Below, piece after piece: positions 9,990 to 19,306 of a stretch of 64,000 bases of DNA (position 1 is its first letter; the number at the start of each line of letters is the position of its first letter). Below the pieces are notes generated by a model. That model was not told where the DNA came from and ran no database searches. It worked only from the letters and a program-made list of their open reading frames with translations. Source of the stretch: SAR202 cluster bacterium (GTDB lineage Bacteria > Chloroflexota > Dehalococcoidia > Lucifugimonadales > UBA3495); NCBI GenBank assembly GCA_013204585.1, contig JABMNL010000053.1:1260-65259 (forward strand), in the 5' to 3' direction. The position numbers and the translations under genes are program-made.

Positions 9990-10991
9990 TCATGTTTTAC
10001 GAGTGTAGTGCTTGTTGAACTCGTTGATTATCGCAGGTTTGTAGAAACTCTTCCGTGAAGATTTGAGGTTGTTCGGATCTAGGAATCGAGCGTGTACGTA
10101 TCTAGGCTCTTTGCTAAGAAGCTTGTTAATCTGGTGAAATTTCTGATTCCGCTTGAAATCACTGTACCGACTCTCTAGGTGGTCACAAAGTTCTTTGTAA
10201 TCCCAGGGGTAGTCGTTGCGCATATCTTCATCGGAAATATAGAGTTTTGTAGCCGTTGAATCGGTAGGGTCATTGGTTAGAGCAAAGGAGCCATCAGTCG
10301 TATTACCAGCTCGTTTCAATGACACGTCGATTCCGAGGGAAACGGCGAAGTCCCCAGAGCCTATATCAGTGCTTCTCGTAAGATTCATTATATAGTTTAC
10401 GAGGTTGCGTTCTTCGTGAGCTAAAACAATGCCAGTTACAACTCCAGTCACAGGAACGAACCCAATTGGCATCAGATATAGATTGAATTTGGATAAGTCC
10501 TGTCCGAACCATCTCTGGGCTAGCTTCACGTAATTTGTTACACAAGCAGTCCCGATTTCGAGAACATGCCGGGCCAACTCAGGCCCGGCATTGATGTAGT
10601 GAACCGAATTGTCGCGGATTTCAGTCACCGCTTCGAGGTTCTTTTTTACTGCGTTCTGTAACCGACTGGAGGGGAATTTTTCGAGTTCCAGTATCGCCCT
10701 GTTAAGTCCGTGTGTGAAGATGTTTCCGCTGCGACTTTTTTTCCAGATGAATTTTTTAGACGGCTCCCCATTCTTCTTTTGCACCCAATCACGAACATAC
10801 AAACACCGGAGATCCTGAGAATTCTGTGCCAATAACTTGGCTTTAATCAGTAACTCCCAAGCATTTAGTGCGAGAATGCAAAAAATTTCCTCACGATATA
10901 GTGACGTAGGTTTGTTGTACGCCTCGATTGCAGCGACTAACGCGGCTTCGGACTTAGAAAAAATGCGATCCGATTTTTTGGGACGAGCCAA
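9990..10991 (-). CDS. DUF3644 family protein with HEPN-like Rx4H motif
   Basis: AAIEAYNKP..YREEIFCIL..NAWELLIKA, EIRDNSVH; visibly AT-richer; GAGGT SD before TTG. Confidence 0.75.
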   Translation of the reverse strand: MARPKKSDRIFSKSEAALVAAIEAYNKPTSLYREEIFCILALNAWELLIKAKLLAQNSQDLRCLYVRDWVQKKNGEPSKKFIWKKSRSGNIFTHGLNRAILELEKFPSSRLQNAVKKNLEAVTEIRDNSVHYINAGPELARHVLEIGTACVTNYVKLAQRWFGQDLSKFNLYLMPIGFVPVTGVVTGIVLAHEERNLVNYIMNLTRSTDIGSGDFAVSLGIDVSLKRAGNTTDGSFALTNDPTDSTATKLYISDEDMRNDYPWDYKELCDHLESRYSDFKRNQKFHQINKLLSKEPRYVHARFLDPNNLKSSRKSFYKPAIINEFNKHYTRKT

Positions 10992-11033
10992 AGAATTACC
11001 TCGTCAGTTGCTGCCAGTATCTGGATGAAGTAC

Positions 11034-12806
11034 CTACGCAGCCGAGCCCTTGGGTATCGCCGCTTCCTCGCCTAGCCGGGTTATGAAATCTTCCAGGGGC
11101 ATGGGGCCCAGGTCTTCGCCGTCGCGGTGGCGCACGGCTACTGCTCCGGCTTCGGCCTCTCGGTCTCCTGCCACCAGCATGTAGGGCACTTTTTGCATCT
11201 GGGCGGTGCGAATCTTCTGGCCCATACGCTCGCCGCGAGTGTCCACTTCGACCCTAAAGCCAGCTTCGGACAGCTTAGCCGCCACCGATTCGCAGTACTC
11301 GATATGCCGGTCTGCAATCGGTATCAACATTGCCTGCACTGGGGCTAGCCACAGTGGGAACGCACCGCCGTAATGCTCAATAAGTACCCCCAAGAAACGC
11401 TCTACAGAACCCAGGATTGCCCGGTGGACCATATAGGGCTGGCTGCGACCTCCCTCGGCGTCTTGATAGGTCAGGTCGAACCGCTGGGGCAGGTTAAAGT
11501 CGAACTGGACGGTGGTGCACTGCCAAGCGCGGCCCAGGGCATCGGTGATGTTGATGTCGATTTTGGGGCCGTAGAACGCGCCGCCGCCGTCATCAATGGT
11601 GAAGGGCAGTCCCCGTTTTTCCAGAGCGCTTCGCAGCGAATTTGTGGCGTGCTCCCACATATCCAAGTCGCCTACGTACTTCTCGGGTCTGGTGGACAGG
11701 GCGATGGAATAGTCGGCGAACCCAAAGGCACTCAGCAGCTCAAATGTTAGCTCCAGAACCCCGCCAATTTCGTCCTCCACTTGGTCTGGCATGCAGAAAA
11801 TATGGGCGTCGTCCTGGGTGAAGCCGCGCACGCGCATCAGTCCGTGCAGCACGCCGCTCCGCTCGTAGCGGTAGACGGTGCCCAACTCGGCAAACCGCAA
11901 AGGCAGTTCACGGTAGCTGTGCAGCGCCGTGCGGTAGATTGCGATGTGGAAGGGACAGTTCATGGGCTTTAGGTAGTATTGTTGCTCGTCCACTGCCACG
12001 GGGGCGAACATGTTTTCCTGGTAGAAGTCCAAGTGGCCGCTGGTCTCCCAAAGTTGGGCCTTGCCGATGTGAGGTGAGTAGACAACGTCGTAGCCGCGTC
12101 GGTAATGGATGGCCTTCCAGTAGTCTTCGACGATGGACCGGACGCGGCCTCCCTTGGGGTGCCAGACGATGAGACCGGGACCAATTTCTTCGTGGACGGA
12201 ATATAGGTTTAACTGACGGCCCAGGGTCCGGTGGTCGCGGCGCTCGGCCTCTTCCAGCCGCTCTAGATGCTCGGTCAGTTCGGCTTCCGAGTCGAAGGCC
12301 GTGCCGTAGATGCGTTGGAGCATCGGGCGTTTCTCGTCGCCCCGCCAGTAGGCCCCCGCCACGCTGAGCAGCTTCATGGCGGGAATGTCCTTGGTGCCGT
12401 GCACGTGGGGACCCTGGCACAGGTCGATGAACCCGTCGTGCTTGTAGATTGAGATGGTGGCGTCGTCTGGGAGGCCCTCGATTAATTCAATCTTATAGGG
12501 CTGGTCGGCGAACATCTTCTCGGCTTCCGCCCGGCTGAGTTCTTCCCGCTCAAATGGGAACCCGCCGCTGATGGTCTCGCGCATCAGCTTTTCAATTTCT
12601 TCCAGGTCTTCTGGAGTGAAGGGCCGGTTAACTTCGAAGTCGTAGTAGAAGCCGTCTTGGATGGGCGGGCCGATGCCCATCTTGGCCTCGGGGAACAGTT
12701 TCAAAACAGCATCGGCCATCACGTGGGCCGCCGAGTGCCGCATGGCGTTGCGATGGGCCTGGGCCTCGTCAACGCCTTCAGTTTCTAAATTACCGTGGTC
12801 TAACAT
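11034..12806 (-). CDS. thrS: Threonine--tRNA ligase
   Basis: RHSAAHVM, DLCQGPH, KPMNCPFH, MRVRGFTQDDAH, AFYGPKID. Confidence 0.98.
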   Translation of the reverse strand: MLDHGNLETEGVDEAQAHRNAMRHSAAHVMADAVLKLFPEAKMGIGPPIQDGFYYDFEVNRPFTPEDLEEIEKLMRETISGGFPFEREELSRAEAEKMFADQPYKIELIEGLPDDATISIYKHDGFIDLCQGPHVHGTKDIPAMKLLSVAGAYWRGDEKRPMLQRIYGTAFDSEAELTEHLERLEEAERRDHRTLGRQLNLYSVHEEIGPGLIVWHPKGGRVRSIVEDYWKAIHYRRGYDVVYSPHIGKAQLWETSGHLDFYQENMFAPVAVDEQQYYLKPMNCPFHIAIYRTALHSYRELPLRFAELGTVYRYERSGVLHGLMRVRGFTQDDAHIFCMPDQVEDEIGGVLELTFELLSAFGFADYSIALSTRPEKYVGDLDMWEHATNSLRSALEKRGLPFTIDDGGGAFYGPKIDINITDALGRAWQCTTVQFDFNLPQRFDLTYQDAEGGRSQPYMVHRAILGSVERFLGVLIEHYGGAFPLWLAPVQAMLIPIADRHIEYCESVAAKLSEAGFRVEVDTRGERMGQKIRTAQMQKVPYMLVAGDREAEAGAVAVRHRDGEDLGPMPLEDFITRLGEEAAIPKGSAA

Positions 12807-12920
12807 GTCACCTACTCAGGGGAATTACTGTGATTCTGGACGGCACATACAGCCGCGCAGGCACCATTATAGCCCACATAATGCGGTGGATTGCAGGGGA
12901 ACGGAATGGCGATTTGCCTG

Positions 12921-13541
12921 CTACCCCGCCAACTCCATGAACAGCGCTCGCCACTGCCTGGTTTTTATGGAAGACACGATGTGCCTGCGCACGCTGATTA
13001 GATAGGTTCCGGTGACCAATGCTGTCAGTAAAAGGCAGAGTGCCGTCATCTTGGCGTCTTGGCCGGTGACCCAGAGTAGGGCATTTAGCACGGCGAACCC
13101 GAAGGCCGCGCCCAGGACGACGTTGCGCAGCAGCAGCATGACCACGATGCTGGGAGCCACTGTTATTACGGTGAGCCACGGCACGATGGCCAGGGAAATA
13201 CCGAGAATAGCTGCCGCGCCCTTGCCGCCTCGGAATCCCAGGAACATGGGCCAGTTGTGACCAGCCACCACCAATGGCGTCGTGATAAATAATGCCCAGT
13301 CGTCGATGCCGAGCAGGTTGGGAACTGCCACGGCGGCAACGCCTTTAGCGGCGTCCACCAGTAACACGGTCAGGCCCGCGACTGCGCCCGCTTGGCGGTA
13401 GGTGTTTAGGGCTCCAACGTTGCCGGTGCCCGAATCGCGGATGTCCTCGCCCTTGACCAGTCGGACCAGGATGTACCCTGTCGGAACAGACCCTAGAGCG
13501 TATGCGCCGAGGGCCAGGACTATTGCGGTAATAAGTTCCAG
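12921..13541 (-). CDS. plsY: Glycerol-3-phosphate acyltransferase PlsY, probable CTG start
   Basis: Frame extends upstream of the listed ORF to give AYALGSVPTG and DIRDSGTGNVGALN; also DAAKG, GHNWP, FRGGKG. Confidence 0.9.
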   Translation of the reverse strand: MELITAIVLALGAYALGSVPTGYILVRLVKGEDIRDSGTGNVGALNTYRQAGAVAGLTVLLVDAAKGVAAVAVPNLLGIDDWALFITTPLVVAGHNWPMFLGFRGGKGAAAILGISLAIVPWLTVITVAPSIVVMLLLRNVVLGAAFGFAVLNALLWVTGQDAKMTALCLLLTALVTGTYLISVRRHIVSSIKTRQWRALFMELAG

Positions 13542-13622
13542 GTCGGAGTCTCCGGGGTCGTTAAGAATGGTGTGTTACCAGGATAACGCCTGCTCCGCCT
13601 CGCATGCCAATCTGAAGCTAAT

Positions 13623-14114
13623 CTAGTGAGTGTCCGAGCTTTCAGCCTGTACTTTTAAGTTGTTCATGTGACGTAACACTAGCCGCTCGTAGTGACGCTT
13701 TACGTAGAAACGGGCGACCGCCCATCCCACACCGGGTAGCCAATGCATACGGCATTCAATCGTACCGTTGTGAGTCATCAAGGTACCGGTATTTAATTCG
13801 GAGTCGACTTCGTCAAATAGGAACTCTTCCTGAGAGTGGTACAGCGGGCCTTCTAGGTGTCTAAAGGTAATTCTCTCATCGGGGTAGAGCATTACTTCTT
13901 CCACTGTTCGGTACATCTTCCTCCCGTCCGTGGAATTAAATTCCATCAGTAGCCTGTTGCCATCCCGCTCCAACAACTTTGCGCGCTCCTGATTGTTTGC
14001 AATGGCAGGGGTATCGCTGGTCTGACTGTCTACTCCAAATGAGCTGATGAGACTGAACACAGCCTTCCGTGGCGCCCGAATCACGATGCTCTGCTGTCCT
14101 AGCTGTACTTTCAT
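13623..14114 (-). CDS. SRPBCC/START-like protein
   Basis: IVIRAPRKAVFS N-terminus, ERITFRHLEGP, C-terminal helix. Confidence 0.65.
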   Translation of the reverse strand: MKVQLGQQSIVIRAPRKAVFSLISSFGVDSQTSDTPAIANNQERAKLLERDGNRLLMEFNSTDGRKMYRTVEEVMLYPDERITFRHLEGPLYHSQEEFLFDEVDSELNTGTLMTHNGTIECRMHWLPGVGWAVARFYVKRHYERLVLRHMNNLKVQAESSDTH

Positions 14115-14294
14115 GTTGCTGGCCTATCTCCCTGGCCTATCTCCAATGGCGGTTGGTGCTTTATTTATTAGATGTCGGTCGGGTTAATGGGGTGTAGTCG
14201 GTATATCTGAGGGCAGGCGCATTGTTCGTCCCCTACCTGCACCGATATAATTGGCCATACTGGAATACCCGAAACTACCCGGTTGGGGGATGGA

Positions 14295-15233
14295 ATGGCA
14301 ACCCAGCAGGATCTGGAAGACTTTGTAACCCAAGTAACTTGTCCAGACGACTTCGACGATTTTTGGGGCGGCACCCTGGAACAACTGGCCCAAATATCGC
14401 TGCTGCCGGTGGTCACCGCTAATCCGCTGCGAAGTAACGAAGACGTCCACGTTTTCAACGTCACCTATCTGAGCCTTGGCGGCCTGGAGATTTCGGCTTG
14501 GTACTGTGTGCCGACCAAGGGCAACGGCCCTTTCCCCGCTGTGATTAACTTCCCTGGCTATAAGTCCGAGCCGCCGGTTCGCCGAGACTGGGCGAAGCAA
14601 GGGGTCGCTGTGTTGTCGGTGGCAGTGCGGGGCAAGTTGATGAGCAGCGCCGAGTTTAACCCAGGCTACCCAGGATTACTTACCGCTGGACTGGAGAGCA
14701 AAGAGACCTACGGTTACCGTGGCGTAATTTCCGACTGCGTGCGCGGGGTCGACTTTCTCCACTCCCGCCCCGAAATAGACCCAGAGCGGATATTCGCTTG
14801 CGGCAGCAGTCAGGGCGGCGGACTTACTTTGATAACGTCGGCCCTACGACCCGAGATTAAAGCCGGGGTCGCCGGTTACCCATTCTTGTGTTGTTACCAA
14901 GATGCCATGTCCATGTTCCGGTCGTACCCTTACGACGAACTGGCCTGTTACGCCAGGGCCTACCCGGATGAGGAAGAACGGATGCTGGACGTTCTGCGCT
15001 ATTTCGACGCCGTAAACTTCGCTCCTAGAATCAAGTGCCCCATGGTGGTAGGCATTGCTCTGGACGATGAGGTTTGCCCGCCCGAGACCAGCTATGCGGC
15101 CTACCGGGCGTTGACCAGCCACAAAGAACTGTGGCTGTTCCCCAATTCCGGCCACGGCAATGCTCACGACTACCCCGCCCAAGAGCGGGCCTGGCTAGAG
15201 GGTCAGATTGGGCTGGAAACGGTGACCTCTTGA
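14295..15233 (+). CDS. Acetylxylan esterase / cephalosporin-C deacetylase (CE7/AXE1)
   Basis: GSSQGGG nucleophile elbow, DEVCPP, SGH. Confidence 0.85.
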   Translation: MATQQDLEDFVTQVTCPDDFDDFWGGTLEQLAQISLLPVVTANPLRSNEDVHVFNVTYLSLGGLEISAWYCVPTKGNGPFPAVINFPGYKSEPPVRRDWAKQGVAVLSVAVRGKLMSSAEFNPGYPGLLTAGLESKETYGYRGVISDCVRGVDFLHSRPEIDPERIFACGSSQGGGLTLITSALRPEIKAGVAGYPFLCCYQDAMSMFRSYPYDELACYARAYPDEEERMLDVLRYFDAVNFAPRIKCPMVVGIALDDEVCPPETSYAAYRALTSHKELWLFPNSGHGNAHDYPAQERAWLEGQIGLETVTS

Positions 15234-16108
15234 CCACTTCAGCTGACCAGTTCTGGTATCAGACCGAAGAGGCGTTGGCCGAGTTTCCGGTGAATGTGCG
15301 ACTGTACCGGGACGACTTTTATTCCCAGCCGACGTGGGACGTTTACCAGATGCGTTACACCTCGGCTGATGGCGCAACGCTGTTCGCCTGGCTGTCGGTT
15401 CCTGAGGGCCGTGGCCCATTTCCGGCAATAATCAGGATGCCGGATTACGGTAGCGTCCACGACATTGTTTACACGCCACTCCGAGAGCGCGCGGTGGTGA
15501 TGAATCCCACCTTTCGGGGCCAACGCCAAAGCGACCGTGTCTATCAGGCCGAGTTTCCCGGACTGCTTACTGATGGCATAGCAAACCCTGATACCTATGT
15601 GATGCGCCGGGTCTTTGCCGATGCTATTCGGGCCATCGACGCCCTTTCAATACAGGCCCAGGCCCAACTTCGGGAGATTGCGCTAATTGGCAGCGGCCTT
15701 GGCGGGGCTTTGGCTTTAGCTGGGGCTGCCCGTCGTCGGTCGATTCATGCAGTTGCGGCCAACACGCCGATGGCCTTGGGTAACCCGCTGTCACTGGAGT
15801 CGGGGCTTGGTTACCCGTTGGCCGAGTTGGACGACTACATCCGCCTGTATCCCGAGCAACGAGATGCTGTTGCGCAAAACACGGCCGACCTAGACCCACT
15901 AAAAATTGCCGACAAAATAACCGCTCCGGTGCTGTTGAGCATTGGAATCAATGACAAGAGTGTCTGCCCGTTGATTTTTGGAGAGCGACTCGCCGACCAG
16001 ATCCCCAATTGTGATTTGCGGGTTTACCAGGGAGCGGCGGAAGGCGGCGGTCACGAGCATGCCCAGATCCAGCTTTCTTGGCTGGCGGACAAGCTGGGTA
16101 TTGGCTGA
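15230..16108 (+). CDS. AXE1 paralog lacking the catalytic Ser
   Basis: TTGA overlap with upstream stop; RGQ motif and AXE1-like sequence but GSGLGG elbow. Confidence 0.75.
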   Translation: MTTSADQFWYQTEEALAEFPVNVRLYRDDFYSQPTWDVYQMRYTSADGATLFAWLSVPEGRGPFPAIIRMPDYGSVHDIVYTPLRERAVVMNPTFRGQRQSDRVYQAEFPGLLTDGIANPDTYVMRRVFADAIRAIDALSIQAQAQLREIALIGSGLGGALALAGAARRRSIHAVAANTPMALGNPLSLESGLGYPLAELDDYIRLYPEQRDAVAQNTADLDPLKIADKITAPVLLSIGINDKSVCPLIFGERLADQIPNCDLRVYQGAAEGGGHEHAQIQLSWLADKLGIG

Positions 16109-16247
16109 CAACTCGCCAGAACCTCGCTGGATGGGTCACCGGCGGCTGGGGTTGGAACACGACTGGCTGATATACTAGAACAAGGAATAGACGCCCCATA
16201 TTTGGGCACAAACCCCCCAAGATTCACCACGGAGAAGATACCTGACT

Positions 16248-17346
16248 ATGGAACAACTTCGACAACACCTCTCGACCCTCAATCAAAAGATTGCGTCGAT
16301 GGTGGAGCGTCTTTGACCTAGCCGGTAAAGAAGACGCTATAAGCGTCATGGAGCGCGAGGCTGGCGAACCAGGTTATTGGGACGACCACCAAACCGCGCA
16401 GCAGAAAATGCAGCAACTGGGTCGGCTGAAAGACACCGTAACCCTATGGCGGGATTTACAGTCCCGCTCCCAAAACCTAGCCGAACTCAACGAGATGGCC
16501 CTGGCCGAGAACGACTTGTCCCTGCAAGAATCGTTGGAATCCGAGTCCGATGAGTTGACCAAAGCGCTGACCAGGGAAGAGGTTAACCTCACCCTATCCG
16601 GCCCCTACGACGACGGGCCGGCCATCTTGTCTATCCACGCTGGCGCTGGCGGCACCGACGCCCAAGACTGGGCCGAGATGCTGATGCAGATGTATTGCAA
16701 TTGGGCGGCGTTGGGCAAGCGTCCCCTGGAGGTTATGGACCTTTCCTACGGGGACGAAGCAGGACTCCGTAGTGCTACTCTGGAAGTTGGCGGACCCCAC
16801 TCTTTTGGCTACCTGTCTGCCGAGCAGGGCGTCCACCGTCTGGTGCGGCTCTCTCCCTACGACCCCAACAATCTGCGCCAGACTTCGTTTGCCCAGGTGG
16901 AGATTTTGCCCATTGCCGAAGATGACCTCGAAATTGAGGTCCGGCCGGAAGACATTAAATTGGACACTTTCCACTCCAGTGGCCCCGGCGGTCAGAACGT
17001 TCAGAAAGTGGCCTCGGCGGTGCGGCTGACCCACATCCCCACCGGCATCGTAGTTACCTGCCAGAATGAGCGTTCACAGCATCAGAACCGGGAATTTGCC
17101 ATCCGAATTCTAAAGGCCAAGCTGTTGGCCCGGCAGTCAGAGGAACGAGCCAAAGAGGTTGCCGTTATGCGGGGCGATCGGGTGGCTCCCGAATGGGGTA
17201 ATCAGATACGGAGTTATGTGCTGCACCCCTATAAGTCGGTGAAAGACCACCGGACCAACCTGCAAAGCACCAACCCTGAAGCAGTGTTGAACGGCGCAAT
17301 CGACCCGTTTATCGAGGCGTATTTGATGTCCAGGGTTGGTCAGTAG
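16248..17346 (+). CDS. prfB: Peptide chain release factor 2 with programmed +1 frameshift
   Basis: ATG 16248 reads to CTT TGA C at 16311-16317 with GGAG 3 nt upstream; +1 frame has GGTDAQDW, SPY, GPGGQ. Confidence 0.97.
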
Positions 17347-17359
17347 ACCGGTTAACAGG

Positions 17360-17401
17360 CAAAAAAGAAAAGCCCGCCGAAAGGCGGGCTTTTCTTTTTT
17401 G
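17360..17401. terminator. Bidirectional intrinsic terminator between prfB and ribBA
   Basis: caaaaaagaaaagcccgcc-gaaa-ggcgggcttttcttttttg perfect stem. Confidence 0.92.
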
Positions 17402-17435
17402 TTGCTGGGAATGACCTAAGTAGGGCTGCTAGGGT

Positions 17436-18641
17436 TTAGCAGTTGCCCAGTATGTGGCCCATCTTGGCTTTCTTGGTCTTCATGTACCTGCGGTTCTCGT
17501 CGTTTGCTTCAACTTCAACGGGTATCCGGTCCACAATCTCCAAGTCGAATCCTGATAGTCCGACGACTTTCTTGGGGTTGTTGGTCAGCAAGTTTAGCTT
17601 GCGGACACCCAAGTCTCGGAGAATCTGCGCCCCGACGCCGTAGTGTCGAAGGTCCGGCTCGAAACCGAGAGTCTCGTTGGCTTCTACGGTGTCCAGACCC
17701 TGATCCTGGAGTGAGTAGGCCTTAATCTTGTTGTGCAGACCAATCCCACGCCCTTCTTGGCGCATGTAAAGGAAGATGCCGTTGCCAGCTTCCGAGATTT
17801 GTTGGAGGGCTAAATCTATCTGCTCGCCGCAGTCGCAACGCAGACTGCCAAATACGTCGCCGGTGAGACATTCGCTGTGGATGCGCACCAATACAGGTTC
17901 GTCCTCAGTCCATTCCCCAATTGTTAAGGCAATGTGCTCGCCGGTATCCACATGGCTCTTATAGGCAACGGCCGTGAACTTGCCATATCGGGTTGGGAGG
18001 CGGGCCTCGGCCACTCGCTCAATCAGTCGCTCGGTACGTCGGCGGTGGGCGATAATCTGAGCGATGCTGAGAATCTTGAGGCCGTGGACTTCAGCGAACT
18101 CTTCCAAGACGGGCAGACGTGACATGCTGCCGTCTTCGTCCATAATTTCGCAGACAATGCCAGCGGGGTACATGCCAGCTATCTCGCAGAGGTCAACCGC
18201 AGCTTCGGTATGACCGGCCCGGGCCAAAACGCCGCCGGGATGGTACCGCAGCGGGAAAATGTGACCGGGACGGGTGAATTCCGTTGGCTTTGCTACCGGA
18301 TCCAACATGGCTTTGATGGTGTTGGAGCGGTCTGTAGCGGAGATGCCGGTGGTGGTGCCAACATTGTAGTCAATGGACACAGTGAAGGCAGTTTGATTCT
18401 TTTCTGTGCCGTTCTCGCTGACCATCAGTGGCATCTGAAGTTCGTCCAAACGCTCGCCAATAATCGGCAGGCAAAGGAGACCGCGAGCGTGAGTTACGAC
18501 GAAGTTGACGGCTTCTGGAGTCACCATCTCGGCGGCCATGACCAAGTCGCCTTCGTTTTCTCTGTTCTCATCGTCAACCACGATGAGGAACCGGCCCGCT
18601 TTTAGCTCTTCGAGCCCTTCTTCAAGGCTGCACAGAGGCAT
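17436..18641 (-). CDS. ribBA: Bifunctional DHBP synthase / GTP cyclohydrolase II
   Basis: DDENRENEGD, RAGHTEA, RIHSECLTGD, CDCG, QEGRGIG. Confidence 0.97.
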   Translation of the reverse strand: MPLCSLEEGLEELKAGRFLIVVDDENRENEGDLVMAAEMVTPEAVNFVVTHARGLLCLPIIGERLDELQMPLMVSENGTEKNQTAFTVSIDYNVGTTTGISATDRSNTIKAMLDPVAKPTEFTRPGHIFPLRYHPGGVLARAGHTEAAVDLCEIAGMYPAGIVCEIMDEDGSMSRLPVLEEFAEVHGLKILSIAQIIAHRRRTERLIERVAEARLPTRYGKFTAVAYKSHVDTGEHIALTIGEWTEDEPVLVRIHSECLTGDVFGSLRCDCGEQIDLALQQISEAGNGIFLYMRQEGRGIGLHNKIKAYSLQDQGLDTVEANETLGFEPDLRHYGVGAQILRDLGVRKLNLLTNNPKKVVGLSGFDLEIVDRIPVEVEANDENRRYMKTKKAKMGHILGNC

Positions 18642-18679
18642 GATTTTGTCCTTTCGGAGCGTAGCACTTCGGCCCGGAG

Positions 18680-19255
18680 TTACCGGTCCAGAAGACTCTC
18701 TACATACTTGGCTAGGATGTCCGCTTCTAAGTTCACCCGGTCCCCGACCGATAATGCAGCCAAATTAGTATTGCCCAAAGTAAATGGTATCACAGCTAAT
18801 GTGAACGATGAAGCTCCTCTTTTTACCACGGTCAAACTGATACCGTCAACCGTAATGAATCCCTTCTCGACAATGTAGCGATTCAGTCGTTTTGGGGCCC
18901 TGACACGAAATATTACGGAGTCGCCATCTTGCTTGATTGACATTATACGGCCAGTTCCGTCCACGTGCCCTTGTACGATGTGGCCTCCCATCCGGTCGGT
19001 GACCAAAAGAGCCCGTTCTAGGTTCACCGGGCGTCCCTCGGACAGGTCACCTAGGGAGGTCCGCCGCATGGTTTCCGGTGAGAGGTCTACGGAAAATTCG
19101 TTGCTGGTGAAGCTGACAGCGGTAAGGCAGGCCCCGTTCACGGCAATGCTGTCGCCCAGCTTCAGGCCCTCAATGACCTTCGAAGCCCGGACGGTCATGG
19201 CATTGTTACTAATCTTGGCAACGACGCCGACTTCTTCAACGATTCCCGTAAACAC
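18680..19255 (-). CDS. ribE: Riboflavin synthase alpha chain
   Basis: MFTGIVEE, NGACLT, GGHIVQGHVDG. Confidence 0.96.
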   Translation of the reverse strand: MFTGIVEEVGVVAKISNNAMTVRASKVIEGLKLGDSIAVNGACLTAVSFTSNEFSVDLSPETMRRTSLGDLSEGRPVNLERALLVTDRMGGHIVQGHVDGTGRIMSIKQDGDSVIFRVRAPKRLNRYIVEKGFITVDGISLTVVKRGASSFTLAVIPFTLGNTNLAALSVGDRVNLEADILAKYVESLLDR

Positions 19256-19306
19256 TTTATTCCTTTTTATTACGGGGCCCTAGGCCAAGTCTGGTTCTAA
19301 TTGGCT

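Noticed and set aside
12807-12920. T-box leader for thrS
   Set aside because: The leader is too short and lacks the T-box motif
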